Source: Bacteroidaceae bacterium
GTDB lineage: Bacteria > Bacteroidota > Bacteroidia > Bacteroidales > Bacteroidaceae
Direction of reading: 5' to 3'
Length of the DNA stretch: 64,000 bases
Assembly: GCA_045660385.1 (NCBI GenBank)
Contig: JAZRDT010000157.1
Span: 8,079 to 72,078 of the forward strand
Under the pieces are notes generated by a model that did not search any database, was not told where the DNA came from, and worked only from the letters and a program-made list of their open reading frames with translations. A program made the translations under genes and the position numbers. Shown here piece by piece: positions 35,190 through 46,174 of the stretch. How positions within the stretch are numbered: position 1 is the stretch's first letter; each line of letters opens with the position of its first letter.

Positions 35190-36758
35190 ATGTCCGATAA
35201 TGAACAACAAGCAATGAGTTCTCATTCAGAAAACACAAAACGTATAGCCAAGAACACGATGATGCTGTATGTGCGCATGCTATTCAGCATGGTGGTATCG
35301 CTATATACCTCCCGTGTGGTATTAAACACATTGGGAGTGGAGGACTATGGAATACAAAATGCCGTAGGCGGCTTCGTGGCCATGTTCTCCATCTTCTCCA
35401 ACTCTTTATCTTCTGCCGTAAGCCGTTTCTTGACATTCGAATTAGGCAAAGGAGATACTGAAAACCTAAAAAAAGTATTCTCTACTGCCCTAGTTGTCCA
35501 CTTAGGACTCACACTTATCGTATTAGCGATAGCAGAAACCGCAGGTGTATGGTTTGTGAACCATAAGATGGAAATACCTGGCGACCGACTATATGCCGCC
35601 AATTGGGTATTCCAGGCATCGATCATCTCATTCTGCTTCAGCTTGATAAGTGCCCCATATAGAGCATCGATTACATCACACGAGCACTTGAGCATGTTTG
35701 CCTATATAGGCATTGCCGACAGCTGCCTACATTTAGTAAGCGTGCTTTTCATTGCATTTTCTCCCTGGCAGTTTGACAGGCTAATTGTATACTCCGTACT
35801 TTTAGTTTGTATTAATGTCACCCTTCAATGCATCTATTCCATCTATTGCGGAATACATTTTGAAGAATGCTCTTTACACAACAAATGGAGCAAACGATAC
35901 ATCAAGGAGATTACCTCATTTACAAGTTGGAATTTCATCGGATGTACTGCTGACTTACTGAAGGATCAAGGCATCAACATCCTCCTTAATATCACCTTCG
36001 GGCCAATAATCAATGCTGCTCGAGGTATTGCCTACACAGTAAACAGAGCCGTTAGCGGGTTTGCAAGCAATTTCATGACTGCACTATCACCTCAAATCAC
36101 AAAAAATTACGCATCAGGAGATAGAGAATATACTTTTTCTCTAGTAGAACGAGGGGCACGTTTCTGTTTCTACATCATGTTCATACTATCGCTTCCTTTA
36201 TGGTTAGAAACTGACACTATACTTACCCTTTGGCTAAAGCAATATCCTGACCACACAGTTAATTTTGTAAGATTGGTACTTGTGCTCTCGTTGAGTGAAA
36301 TCCTGTCAAGCACCCTCATGTATCTACAATTAGCTACAGGTAAAATCCGCAATTATCAACTTATTATCGGAAGTATCACACTACTGAACTTTCCCTTCTC
36401 TTATGCAACCCTCAAATTAGGATGCCCACCTGAGAGTCCATTAGTAATCGCTATCGTCATCTCTACTTTGTGCATGATGATACGACTAGTCTTATTGAAA
36501 AGGACTGCAGGTCTATCAATCCGTTCATTTATTAAGAATGTATACATCAACATTATCTACGTAGCCATATTATCAAGTATCATTCCATTAGCAATACACA
36601 CGATGATGGATGAGGGTTGGTTACGAATGATTGTTACAAGCTGTACAAGTGTCATTGCAAGTTGTATAATCATTTTGTTTTTCGGATGCAACCACGAAGA
36701 ACGTGTATTTATCCTTGGCAAGATTCCTATCATTAAACATCGATTCAGTCATTCATGA
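35190..36758 (+). CDS. wzx: Wzx-type oligosaccharide flippase (MOP superfamily)
   Basis: ~12-14 TM protein starting ...KRIAKNTMMLYVRMLFSMVVSLYTSRVVLNTLGVEDYG. The track start at 35157 is a TTG. The first ATG is at 35190, with an alternative at 35214. Confidence 0.8.
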   Translation: MSDNEQQAMSSHSENTKRIAKNTMMLYVRMLFSMVVSLYTSRVVLNTLGVEDYGIQNAVGGFVAMFSIFSNSLSSAVSRFLTFELGKGDTENLKKVFSTALVVHLGLTLIVLAIAETAGVWFVNHKMEIPGDRLYAANWVFQASIISFCFSLISAPYRASITSHEHLSMFAYIGIADSCLHLVSVLFIAFSPWQFDRLIVYSVLLVCINVTLQCIYSIYCGIHFEECSLHNKWSKRYIKEITSFTSWNFIGCTADLLKDQGINILLNITFGPIINAARGIAYTVNRAVSGFASNFMTALSPQITKNYASGDREYTFSLVERGARFCFYIMFILSLPLWLETDTILTLWLKQYPDHTVNFVRLVLVLSLSEILSSTLMYLQLATGKIRNYQLIIGSITLLNFPFSYATLKLGCPPESPLVIAIVISTLCMMIRLVLLKRTAGLSIRSFIKNVYINIIYVAILSSIIPLAIHTMMDEGWLRMIVTSCTSVIASCIIILFFGCNHEERVFILGKIPIIKHRFSHS

Positions 36759-37453
36759 GAATTCCACAAATGATACGGGCCATATTGGCATTAGCTATAC
36801 GTACGATTGTTGCACCCTTCAATCGGTTACGCCATTATTGGAGCATGAAACTCAAATGGTGGGGAAAGCTGCGAATGGCTCCATCGGCATATATCCACCC
36901 TGACTCATACTTTGAAGGGGCAAACTCAATCTGGAACAACTCATACTTCAGCGGACGAATGGGTTATGGGAGTTATATTACACAAGGTTGCCATATCGAA
37001 GGTAATATTGGACGTTTTTGTTCTATTGCATCTGATGTAAAGGTCTGTATCGGGACGCACCCGATAGAAGCACCTTATGCTACCACCTCGCCCATGTTCT
37101 ATTCTCTACGGAAACAGACAGGAACCACTTTTGCACAAAAGCAGATGTTTGATGAATTACGTCCACCAATAACCATAGGAAATGACTGTTGGATAGGACA
37201 AGGCGCATTGCTTGTAGGAGGAGTAAGCATAGGAGACGGAAGCGTTGTCCTGGCAGGAGCTGTCGTAACAAAGGATGTACCTCCCTATGCCATAGTGGGC
37301 GGAGTACCTGCCAAACTTATAAAGTGCAGATATGATGCTGATACTATAAACTTTTTATTGGAAAAGGAGTGGTGGAATAAACCTATTGAATGGCTAAAGG
37401 AGAACAGCAGCCTGCTAAACGATATTGACAAACTTAAAGAGGCCCTATCTTAA
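36755..37453 (+). CDS. Hexapeptide-repeat O-acetyltransferase
   Basis: Left-handed beta-helix repeats [51 protein letters not shown] overlap with wzx. Confidence 0.85.
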   Translation: MRIPQMIRAILALAIRTIVAPFNRLRHYWSMKLKWWGKLRMAPSAYIHPDSYFEGANSIWNNSYFSGRMGYGSYITQGCHIEGNIGRFCSIASDVKVCIGTHPIEAPYATTSPMFYSLRKQTGTTFAQKQMFDELRPPITIGNDCWIGQGALLVGGVSIGDGSVVLAGAVVTKDVPPYAIVGGVPAKLIKCRYDADTINFLLEKEWWNKPIEWLKENSSLLNDIDKLKEALS

Positions 37454-37455
37454 GG

Positions 37456-38297
37456 ATGAAACTATCAATAATCACCATCAACTACAATAATCGCGAAGGA
37501 CTACGAAAGACCATCGAGAGCGTAGTGAATCAAACCTGTCAGGACTTTGAATACATCGTCATCGATGGCGGATCTACTGATGGAAGTGCTGAGGTAATCA
37601 AAGAATTTGAAGATAAAATAGACTCATGGGTAAGTGAGCCCGACAAAGGCATCTACAATGCAATGAACAAGGGAATAAAAAAGCTTTAGGGGAATATTGT
37701 ATTTTCATGAACTCTGGAGATTACTTCTACTCACCAGACACAATAGAAACAGTATTCTCAAAACAAGTGACTACGGATATTATTTGCGGTAACACACACA
37801 CTAACAAATTAAAAGTTCCGCCTCAAGAAATCACGTTGGATTACCTGTTCAACAACTCAATCTGCCATCAATGCGCATTTATACGTACATCTTTAATGAA
37901 AAAATATGGGTACGATGAAAATTATAAAATAGTCGCTGACCGCAAATTCTTTATTCAAGCACTAATCCTCGACAATTGTTCTTACCAAGCAGTTAATGTT
38001 GATGTTGTAAACTATGACATCAATGGGTTCAGTGCAACAAACCCCGTTTTATCTCGTTTAGAATACGACAAAGTCTTAGAAGAGCTAATACCCCAAAGAA
38101 TTAGGTTGGATTATGGACGAAAATATAAAGGTGAGCTTTATGGCGACACATGGTATGATAAATTGTTCATTGAAATACGAAATAGAAAATACAAAAGACC
38201 CATATATACATTGGTTACATGCTTATTACGGGTTATTGCTATTTTTCACAAGAGTGCCAAGTTTATAAAACTATACCCATACAACATTCATGATTAG
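37456..38297 (+). pseudogene. Family 2 glycosyltransferase interrupted by a -1 frameshift in an A6 tract
   Basis: Track ORFs 37456-37689 and 37707-38297 are the two halves. Adding one A to the run at 37677-37682 restores ...[26 protein letters not shown]..., a normal GT2 junction. Confidence 0.8.
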
Positions 38298-38375
38298 TTA
38301 ATAATAACAATTGCAACAACATCAAATAATCAGAAATATTATAGTCTTATAGAGGCTATTAGCATTCATCATATT

Positions 38376-39437
38376 ATGAGAATATTAGTTACAGGTGCAG
38401 CTGGATTTATAGGCAGTAATGTTATCAAAGGAATATTCGAACAGCTAACAGACGCAGTGGTAGTTGGAATTGACAATCTAAATGACTATTACGATGTTAG
38501 TCTAAAGGAAGAGAGGTTATCTCATCTTATTAAGCACCCAAATTTCACCTTCATTAAAGGAGATATTGCAGACAGCCCCCTCATTAAAAGCACGTTTGCT
38601 AACATCAAGCCACAAATCGTAATAAATCTTGCAGCACAAGTTGGAGTTCGCAATAGCATAAGCAACCCTGACGCCTATATAGAATCTAATATTATCGGAT
38701 TCTACAACATCCTTGAAGCGTGCAGAAAGTCCTATGAACAATATGAGAATGGAGTGCAACATCTTGTATATGCATCATCATCATCTGTTTATGGTTCAAA
38801 TGGGAAGATTCCATATTCAACAGATGACAAGGTAGACAATCCCGTTTCACTATATGCAGCCACAAAAAAAAGCAATGAACTTATGGCTCATGCTTATAGT
38901 AAGTTATACAACATACCATCGACTGGACTACGATTTTTCACAGTATATGGACCTGCAGGACGTCCTGACATGGCATATTTTGGTTTTACAGACAAACTGA
39001 TTAAAGGAGATAAGATTCAGATATTCAACTATGGTAAATGCAAAAGAGACTTTACTTACATTGACGACATCGTAGAAGGAATAATTCGCGTAATGCAGAA
39101 GCCACCAGTTAAATCTACCGGCGATGATGGTCTTCCTATACCTCCATACGCGGTATACAACATTGGGAACAATAATCCTGAGAATCTTTTGGACTTTGTC
39201 ACCATTCTTCAAGAAGAGTTAGTACGTGTAGGCTTGCTCCCATCCGATTACGACTTTGAGGCTCATAAAGAGCTAGTACCTATGCAGCCTGGTGATGTTC
39301 CTATAACCTTTGCAGACACATCTACACTAGAAAGAGATTTCGGATTTAAACCATCAACGTCTCTTCGTGAAGGGCTTCGCTCTTTTGTAGAATGGTATGC
39401 TGCCAAGTGTAAATTATCAACATTATATTATGATTAG
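38376..39437 (+). CDS. NAD-dependent sugar-nucleotide epimerase (UDP-glucuronate 4-epimerase-like)
   Basis: MRILVTGAAGFIGSNV..GIDNLNDYYDVSLKEERL...YAATKK...: SDR extended family, pattern of the CapI/WbnF group. Confidence 0.8.
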   Translation: MRILVTGAAGFIGSNVIKGIFEQLTDAVVVGIDNLNDYYDVSLKEERLSHLIKHPNFTFIKGDIADSPLIKSTFANIKPQIVINLAAQVGVRNSISNPDAYIESNIIGFYNILEACRKSYEQYENGVQHLVYASSSSVYGSNGKIPYSTDDKVDNPVSLYAATKKSNELMAHAYSKLYNIPSTGLRFFTVYGPAGRPDMAYFGFTDKLIKGDKIQIFNYGKCKRDFTYIDDIVEGIIRVMQKPPVKSTGDDGLPIPPYAVYNIGNNNPENLLDFVTILQEELVRVGLLPSDYDFEAHKELVPMQPGDVPITFADTSTLERDFGFKPSTSLREGLRSFVEWYAAKCKLSTLYYD

Positions 39438-39443
39438 ACTTTT

Positions 39444-40382
39444 ATGCAGACAATACCGATAGTTCTTACTTTTGATGACAACATGTCACTCCCCGCTGCA
39501 GTATGTATTTCTTCAATCCTAACCTCAGCTCAGGAAGATACTTTTTTCGATTTTTACATACTATATTCAGATCATGAGCCACATATTGTCGGACTGGACA
39601 AAATTAAATCCAGATTTTCCAATATAGACATTAAATATAGGTCGGTAGGAAATATCTTTAAAAACGCATACGAAATAAGAGGCATAACGACTGCAGCATA
39701 TTATAGACTATTAGCAGCAGACCTAATTCCTGAATATGACCAAGTAATTTATGCAGATGTCGACATGATTTTCAGGATGGATTTATCCTCGTTGTATAAG
39801 ATGGATTTAGATGATAATTATTTGGGTGCAGTGTTTGCTTTGGGACTCAATACTGAAGAAAAAGCACGACAATATATAGCGTCTATCGGTATAGAACCAG
39901 GAAATTACTTTCTTTCCGGTTTCTTACTCATGAATTTATCAAGGATTAGAAAAGATAATCTGACCAATAAATTCATAGAGTTATCCAAGAACAATTATAA
40001 GTATCAGGACCAAGATATAATAAACATTATATGTAAAGACAAAATCATATCAATTCCTTATGTTTATTCTATGACAGTTGCTGCATTCGAAGCAGTCTCA
40101 ATGAATACGGATTTGTTACATACCAAATATATGAGTAACCCATTTGATGATGACCCTTTACTATACAGCAACATACATTACAATGGCGTTAAACCTTGGA
40201 AAGATTGGTGTCCGAATTTAGATCAGTGGTGGGAGTGCTATAGAAAATCACCAATATATGACCCTGCGCTCTATTTTTCATTTTTCAATAACAAACTAGA
40301 GTTTCTTGATCAGCTTAGTCTACTTAAAAGGATCAAAATTCTATTGCGTTATTTTGTTTTTGGACGAAAAAAGCAAATTTAA
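39444..40382 (+). CDS. Family 8 glycosyltransferase
   Basis: IPIVLTFDDNMSLPAAVCISSIL, ..AAYYRLLAADLIP.., DxD at YADVDMIF, ..GFLLMNL... Confidence 0.85.
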   Translation: MQTIPIVLTFDDNMSLPAAVCISSILTSAQEDTFFDFYILYSDHEPHIVGLDKIKSRFSNIDIKYRSVGNIFKNAYEIRGITTAAYYRLLAADLIPEYDQVIYADVDMIFRMDLSSLYKMDLDDNYLGAVFALGLNTEEKARQYIASIGIEPGNYFLSGFLLMNLSRIRKDNLTNKFIELSKNNYKYQDQDIINIICKDKIISIPYVYSMTVAAFEAVSMNTDLLHTKYMSNPFDDDPLLYSNIHYNGVKPWKDWCPNLDQWWECYRKSPIYDPALYFSFFNNKLEFLDQLSLLKRIKILLRYFVFGRKKQI

Positions 40383-40388
40383 CAATCC

Positions 40389-41315
40389 ATGAAAAACAAA
40401 GAAAATTCCATAAGCTGGACATTTACAAATTTTTGCTGGCTTATTATTCAGCGTGTTTTTCCTGCGAAAATGTATCTCTCTTTGAGATATAGGATAATTT
40501 TTGGACGTTGGATAAATTGGGATAATCCGAAAACATTTACAGAAAAGTTACAATGGCTTAAGTTATACTATTATGGTCGAAAAGAGGCTGTCTTGGTTGA
40601 CAAAATTAAGGTAAAAGAATACATAAAAGGTATTATCGGTGATGAGTATATTATACCTACGATTGGTACGTGGGAAGATGCAAACAACATACAATTCGAC
40701 TCGCTACCATGCGAATATGTCCTAAAATGCAATCATGATTCCGGATCAGTACATTTTCAAAAAGAAGACGCACCTATAAACAGAGCAGAGACAATAAAAG
40801 AATTAAATAAAGTTCTAAAAACAAATTATTATTGGACGGGGAGGGAGACACCGTATCGCTATGTAAAACCAAGAGTATTTGCCGAACAACTAATCCGGAG
40901 TGATGTAAAGGGAGGACTAAGAGATTACAAATTCTTTTGTTTTAATGGTGAACCAAAGGTGTTTAAAATTGACTTCAATCGCTTTAACAACCATAAAACT
41001 AATTATTTTGATATTGATGGGAATTTATTGCCTTTTGGAGAAGCTGACTATCCCCCAATACCAGATATAAACATAGAAGTTCCACAGAACTTACCTGAAA
41101 TGGTTGAGTTAGCAAGAAAGATTGCAGTCGGCCTTCCTTTTGCCAGAATAGATTTATACAACACTAATGGTAAAATCCTGTTTGGGGAAATTACACTATT
41201 TCCGACTTCTGGATTTGGAAGATTTACAGATGATAAATGGGATAGACTTTTGGGTAGTTGGCTTGAGCTACCTAATAAATTAAATAATTTGACATGGAAC
41301 CTACAATATCAGTAA
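40389..41315 (+). CDS. TupA-like ATP-grasp amidoligase
   Basis: ...NPKTFTEKLQWLKLYYYGRKEAVLVDKIKVKEYI...VLKCNHDSG...DYKFFCFNGEP... matches my recollection of the TupA-type ATP-grasp family found in glycan loci. Confidence 0.7.
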   Translation: MKNKENSISWTFTNFCWLIIQRVFPAKMYLSLRYRIIFGRWINWDNPKTFTEKLQWLKLYYYGRKEAVLVDKIKVKEYIKGIIGDEYIIPTIGTWEDANNIQFDSLPCEYVLKCNHDSGSVHFQKEDAPINRAETIKELNKVLKTNYYWTGRETPYRYVKPRVFAEQLIRSDVKGGLRDYKFFCFNGEPKVFKIDFNRFNNHKTNYFDIDGNLLPFGEADYPPIPDINIEVPQNLPEMVELARKIAVGLPFARIDLYNTNGKILFGEITLFPTSGFGRFTDDKWDRLLGSWLELPNKLNNLTWNLQYQ

Positions 41316-42271
41316 TAACCCCCATCTACAATGTTAAACAATTCGTTCACAAATGCGTAGAGTCATTGATGTCACAAACATTTGAAGATGTAGAATATAT
41401 CTTCGTGAATGATGCTTCGAATGACGGAAGTATTGACATTGTAAGAACAATTATAGAGAAGTATCCAACTAAAAATGCAAAAATTATTAACCATCAAGAA
41501 AATCGCGGTTTACCAGCTTCAAGAAAGACTGGATTCGAAGCTGCCAACGGCAAGTATATATTCAACTGCGATGGTGATGATTGGGTAGAATCAACTTTGT
41601 TGGAAAAGCTATATAATGCTATAAAAACTTATAATGCAGACTATTCATACTGCGATTTCTTTTTAAGTTATGAGAAAACTGAACGATACATGAAATGTCC
41701 TGCATTTACAACTCCTGATGAGGCCTTGCGAAAAGGTTATCTTAGCGGGGCTGCAAAATATAATGTTTGGAACAAACTAATCAAGAAAGACCTATATGAA
41801 GGAGTAGTGTTTCCTGTTGATCACAAAAGAGGAGGAGAGGATATGATTATGTTAGGCATACTATCAAAGGCCAAGTCAATAGCCTATGTGCCAGAAGCGT
41901 TATATCACTACCTTAAGATTAACACTTCCGCAATATCAGAGGTTTTTTCCCACCAGAGGATAATAGACATTAAGCATAATGCAGATACGGCAATTAGCGT
42001 TCTTCGAGATTCTTATCATGAAGATATAGAAAAGGAAATAGCATTTTTTAAGTTGAACGTAAAACTACCATTTATAATAACTGATGACCCTATTAAATAT
42101 CAGGTATGGAAAGAATGGTATCCAGAAGCCAACAAACATATTTTTGAGAACAAGCACCAGTCCGTCAGAAATAGAATAGTACAATATCTAGCAGCAAAGG
42201 GGATTTTTTGGGCAGTACGATTCTATTATAGATTCACATATAAATTTGTTTATCGATTGATTTACAAATAA
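41294..42271 (+). CDS. Family 2 glycosyltransferase
   Basis: ISVITPIYNVKQFVHKCVESLMSQTFEDVEYIFVNDASNDGS...CDGDDW. Confidence 0.85.
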   Translation: MEPTISVITPIYNVKQFVHKCVESLMSQTFEDVEYIFVNDASNDGSIDIVRTIIEKYPTKNAKIINHQENRGLPASRKTGFEAANGKYIFNCDGDDWVESTLLEKLYNAIKTYNADYSYCDFFLSYEKTERYMKCPAFTTPDEALRKGYLSGAAKYNVWNKLIKKDLYEGVVFPVDHKRGGEDMIMLGILSKAKSIAYVPEALYHYLKINTSAISEVFSHQRIIDIKHNADTAISVLRDSYHEDIEKEIAFFKLNVKLPFIITDDPIKYQVWKEWYPEANKHIFENKHQSVRNRIVQYLAAKGIFWAVRFYYRFTYKFVYRLIYK

Positions 42272-42331
42272 AATCCGTAGATTTTCATTCTTAGTATTTT
42301 TACTAATCCAAGCACAAAGCCCTATAGTATA

Positions 42332-43642
42332 ATGATTAAAACCATTATGATCACACTCTTAGGAGTAATGGTCAGCTTTTACTTTTTCCCCATCGAATTC
42401 ACCTTCTTGCCGGGCATAAACACTAAAATGGCTATGGCTGGATTCGGATTAGTGATTCTGATGTTCCAACTTGCCCGAAAAGAGCAGCCACATATAGATA
42501 AATCAATATTCAACTTATCGATTATTGCCTGCATTATCTCACTGGCTAGCCTCATTGCGGTCACCTATAACGAAACGCCCGATTACACTTACGCAACCTA
42601 TATCGTCAGTATGTGGGTATGGCTCAGCGGTGCATACGTAGTGATTACTCTGATACGTGCTCTACATGGCTATGTATCGGTGGAGTTAGTGTGCAATTAC
42701 TTGATTGCAGTATGTACCGCACAATGCATATCTGCTCTCATGATAGACTCAATACCCGCATTCAAGGAAATTATTGACACTTACGTATCTGGATTTGGAT
42801 TTGTTGACACGAGCAAGATTAGCCACGGCAAACGAATGTATGGTATAGGTGCAGGACTTGATGTTGCTGGGTTAAGATTCTCAGCTGTTTTATGTTGTAT
42901 AGGTTATATTACTAGCCGAATAGCAAATAGCAACAACAAGAGCAAGATTTGGATATACCTTGTATGTTTTGTAATCATCGGACTGGTTGGAAGTATGATA
43001 GCACGTACAACAATTATTGGAGTAGGCTTAGCCTTATGCTATTGGACAATCAGGCTCTTTACTGCAGAGACCACACAAGAGAAGAAACACCTATGGGGAT
43101 GGTTGCTCGGCATTATCATCGTATCACTACTTATCATCGTACCATTATATAACAACAATCCGAATTTTAAGGCTAACACTCGATTTGCGTTTGAGGGATT
43201 CTTCAGTCTTGTCGAGAAGGGACGTTGGGAGGTACGCTCCAACGAGATTCTGTTAAACATGTACGTATTCCCCGACAACTTGAAAACCTGGCTGATAGGT
43301 GACGGATACATAGAAAACCCTATAAAGACAGATCCCTATTATACAGGAGAAGTTATTGGCGGTTATTATATGGGGACTGATGTGGGATATCTGCGCTTTA
43401 TCTTCTATTTCGGCGTCTTTGGTTTATTGGCTTTGATTGCATTCTTCATCACCATTACAAGAAATTGCATCAAACAATTCCCAACACAAAGAGCTCTGTT
43501 CATCCTAATCCTTGCCGTAAACCTGATAGGCTGGTTCAAAGTATCTACAGATATATTCCTTGCATTCGCTCCCTTCCTCCTCATCTGCAGAGATGAATAC
43601 TACGAATTAGAGCAACATATTGACTCCAACATTTCCGCATGA
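42332..43642 (+). CDS. wzy: Wzy-type O-antigen/capsule repeat-unit polymerase
   Basis: 436 aa, ~10-12 TM segments with one large loop and no soluble-domain motifs. Its position inside the GT block fits the call. Confidence 0.65.
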   Translation: MIKTIMITLLGVMVSFYFFPIEFTFLPGINTKMAMAGFGLVILMFQLARKEQPHIDKSIFNLSIIACIISLASLIAVTYNETPDYTYATYIVSMWVWLSGAYVVITLIRALHGYVSVELVCNYLIAVCTAQCISALMIDSIPAFKEIIDTYVSGFGFVDTSKISHGKRMYGIGAGLDVAGLRFSAVLCCIGYITSRIANSNNKSKIWIYLVCFVIIGLVGSMIARTTIIGVGLALCYWTIRLFTAETTQEKKHLWGWLLGIIIVSLLIIVPLYNNNPNFKANTRFAFEGFFSLVEKGRWEVRSNEILLNMYVFPDNLKTWLIGDGYIENPIKTDPYYTGEVIGGYYMGTDVGYLRFIFYFGVFGLLALIAFFITITRNCIKQFPTQRALFILILAVNLIGWFKVSTDIFLAFAPFLLICRDEYYELEQHIDSNISA

Positions 43643-44769
43643 AAATCGTATACTGCATAGCCGGCACCTATAATTCCGGTGGAATGGAACGTGTGCTTGC
43701 CAATAAAGCAAATTGGTTTGCACACCAAGGCCATGACGTTACGATAATAACAACCGAACAAAAAGGCAGGAAGCCATTCTTCTCATTAGACAAGCGGATT
43801 GTTTGTCATGATTTGGGAATCGGGTACGAAGAGAATAATGGAGGGACTTTTCTCAACAAAGTGCTACATTACCCCTTCAAGCAATACAGACATCGGAAAA
43901 GGCTGACCAAACTGCTTGAAGAGATAAAGCCCGACATCACTGTTTCGATGTTTTGCAACGACGTATCGTTCCTCCCGAAAATAAAAGATGGCAGTAAAAA
44001 AGTATTGGAGATTCACTTTTCCAAATTCAAACGTCTACAATATGCGCGTAAGGGGCTATGGCGCTTGGCTGATATCTATCGCAACAAGCGGGAAGAGCAA
44101 CAAGTAAGATGCTTCGACCGTTTTATCGTACTTACTGAGGAGGACAAGAGATACTGGGGGAACCTGCCCAACATAGGGGTTATACCCAATGCACGGACAT
44201 TCAATCCGACAACAATCGCCACGCTTGACACCTGCCGAATAGTTGCTATTGGGCGCTACACTCATCAGAAAGGATTTGAGCGACTCATCGAGGCATGGAA
44301 CAATATATGTAGGCAACACCCACATTGGAAACTTGACATCATAGGAGAAGGAGAAGAACAGCCGAAGCTACAAGCACTTATTGACCATTACAATATAGCA
44401 GAAAGCACTACATTGTGTCCTCCTACAAATAATATGGATGCAGTCTATAGAAGCGCCGCAATCATAGCAATGTCATCACGATATGAGGGATTGCCCATGA
44501 TTATGCTTGAGGCACAAGCTTATGGAATCCCCATCGTAGCATTCAACTGCAAATGTGGGCCCATGGATATAATAACCGATGGCATTAACGGATACTTAGT
44601 AGATGAAGGGAATTGCGAAAAATTGGCTCAAAAACTTGCCACTCTCATAGAAGACGATAAACTACGTGTTCAAATGGGTAAGGAAGCCCATATAAATTCG
44701 AACAGATACTCTGAAGAGAACATTATGCGCATGTGGACTACACTTTTTCAACAACTGAAAGGCGAATGA
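43639..44769 (+). CDS. Family 4 (GT-B) glycosyltransferase
   Basis: MKIVYCIAGTYNSGGMERV... and C-terminal ..SSRYEGLPMIMLEAQAYGIPIVAF.. (E-x7-E motif). ATGA overlap with wzy. Confidence 0.85.
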   Translation: MKIVYCIAGTYNSGGMERVLANKANWFAHQGHDVTIITTEQKGRKPFFSLDKRIVCHDLGIGYEENNGGTFLNKVLHYPFKQYRHRKRLTKLLEEIKPDITVSMFCNDVSFLPKIKDGSKKVLEIHFSKFKRLQYARKGLWRLADIYRNKREEQQVRCFDRFIVLTEEDKRYWGNLPNIGVIPNARTFNPTTIATLDTCRIVAIGRYTHQKGFERLIEAWNNICRQHPHWKLDIIGEGEEQPKLQALIDHYNIAESTTLCPPTNNMDAVYRSAAIIAMSSRYEGLPMIMLEAQAYGIPIVAFNCKCGPMDIITDGINGYLVDEGNCEKLAQKLATLIEDDKLRVQMGKEAHINSNRYSEENIMRMWTTLFQQLKGE

Positions 44770-45869
44770 AAACGATTGTAGTATCAGCTGTAAACATACG
44801 TAAAGGCGGAACTCTTACTATTTTACGAGGGTGCCTCAAGTATCTGTCAGCATTGGCTCTTGACAGAAAGTTCCGAGTGGTAGCACTCGTACATAAACGA
44901 GAGTTATGCAACTATAAAGGCATTGAATACATTGAAATGCCTACCATCATAAAAGGTTGGAGCAGGCGACTCTGGTGCGAATATGTAACCATGTACCGCA
45001 TATCCAAAAAGTTAGCTCCAGTTGACCTATGGTTGTCGCTACACGATACAACCCCTAGGGTGGAAGCCAAACACAGAGCCGTATACTGCCAGACCTCATT
45101 CCCTTTTCTTAAGCTAAAGTTAAACGATTGGCGATTTGACTTCAAAATTGGCTTATTCAGACTTTTTACGCAAATAGCTTACCGTATCAACATTAGAAAG
45201 AACGATTATCTGATAGTGCAGGCAGAATGGCTTCGCAAACGCTTCACGCGAATGTTCCGGTTACCTCACGAACGATTTATTATTGCACCACCTAGTAGGA
45301 ACAATGAATATCGGCCAACCACTAGCTCTAAAAATAACATATATACCTTTATCTATGTAGCAACACCCGATTGCCATAAGAATTTCGAACTGATATGTCA
45401 GGCTGCAAAACTCCTTGAAGATGAAATAGGAGAGAATCAGTTCAAGGTAATATTGACAATAAATGGAACAGAAAACAAATATGCCCAATGGATTCATAGA
45501 CAATGGGGTAAAGTGGGATCTTTAGTATTCCATGGATTAATGGACAAAGAGACTCTTTTTCATCACTACGCAACAAGCGACTGTTTGATATTCCCCTCAC
45601 GCATTGAGACTTGGGGACTACCAATCACTGAATTCATGCCATACAATAAACCGATGCTGCTCGCTGACCTTCCCTATGCACATGAAACTGCTGCCGGAGC
45701 TAACCAAGTGGCATTCTTCAACCCTGAAAGTCAGGATGAACTTAAAATGAGGATGTTACAATTAATCTATAATGATACCACAAGCCTTCAAAACGTATCG
45801 AAACAAGATATACAAGAACCAAAAGCAATGAATTGGAGTGAACTGTTTGCACGACTAATAGCTGACTAA
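44766..45869 (+). CDS. GT-B fold glycosyltransferase (family 1/4-like)
   Basis: MKTIVVSAVNIRKGGTLTIL... with C-terminal ..FPSRIETWGLPITEF... I prefer the ATG at 44766 (ATGA overlap) to the track start at 44733. Confidence 0.7.
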   Translation: MKTIVVSAVNIRKGGTLTILRGCLKYLSALALDRKFRVVALVHKRELCNYKGIEYIEMPTIIKGWSRRLWCEYVTMYRISKKLAPVDLWLSLHDTTPRVEAKHRAVYCQTSFPFLKLKLNDWRFDFKIGLFRLFTQIAYRINIRKNDYLIVQAEWLRKRFTRMFRLPHERFIIAPPSRNNEYRPTTSSKNNIYTFIYVATPDCHKNFELICQAAKLLEDEIGENQFKVILTINGTENKYAQWIHRQWGKVGSLVFHGLMDKETLFHHYATSDCLIFPSRIETWGLPITEFMPYNKPMLLADLPYAHETAAGANQVAFFNPESQDELKMRMLQLIYNDTTSLQNVSKQDIQEPKAMNWSELFARLIAD

Positions 45870-45881
45870 TACTATTACGAC

Positions 45882-46154
45882 ATGAGAACTAAAGAGAACC
45901 TGAAACTACGCAAGATAGGGAACAAATACATGATTGTTGACACACTCACCGAAGAGATAAATATGGTAGATGTGTATACAATGAACGAGACCGCTGCCTT
46001 GCTTTGGAAGACATTTGCTAAACGCGACTTCACAGAAGAAGATATGGTAAAAGTTCTATGTGAAGAATACAACGTGACACAGGAGAAAGCTGCAGGCGAC
46101 GTTGAGAATCTGGTAAAAGAATGGATCAGCTACGGGCTTGCATATAACGATTAA
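45882..46154 (+). CDS. PqqD-family protein (RiPP-recognition-element fold)
   Basis: 90 aa: ..LKLRKIGNKYMIVD....VYTMNETAALLWKTF...FTEEDMVKVLCEEYNV..EKAAGDVENLVKEW is the PqqD/RRE pattern (beta-strands, then a winged-helix-like bundle). Confidence 0.65.
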   Translation: MRTKENLKLRKIGNKYMIVDTLTEEINMVDVYTMNETAALLWKTFAKRDFTEEDMVKVLCEEYNVTQEKAAGDVENLVKEWISYGLAYND

Positions 46155-46174
46155 AAATATTCAATTTCAACAAG

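Noticed and set aside
34980-35190. Invertible (phase-variable) promoter in front of the capsule locus
   Set aside because: I looked for inverted repeats flanking the TACCTTTG box at 35041-35048 and found none of useful length. No recombinase gene is nearby.
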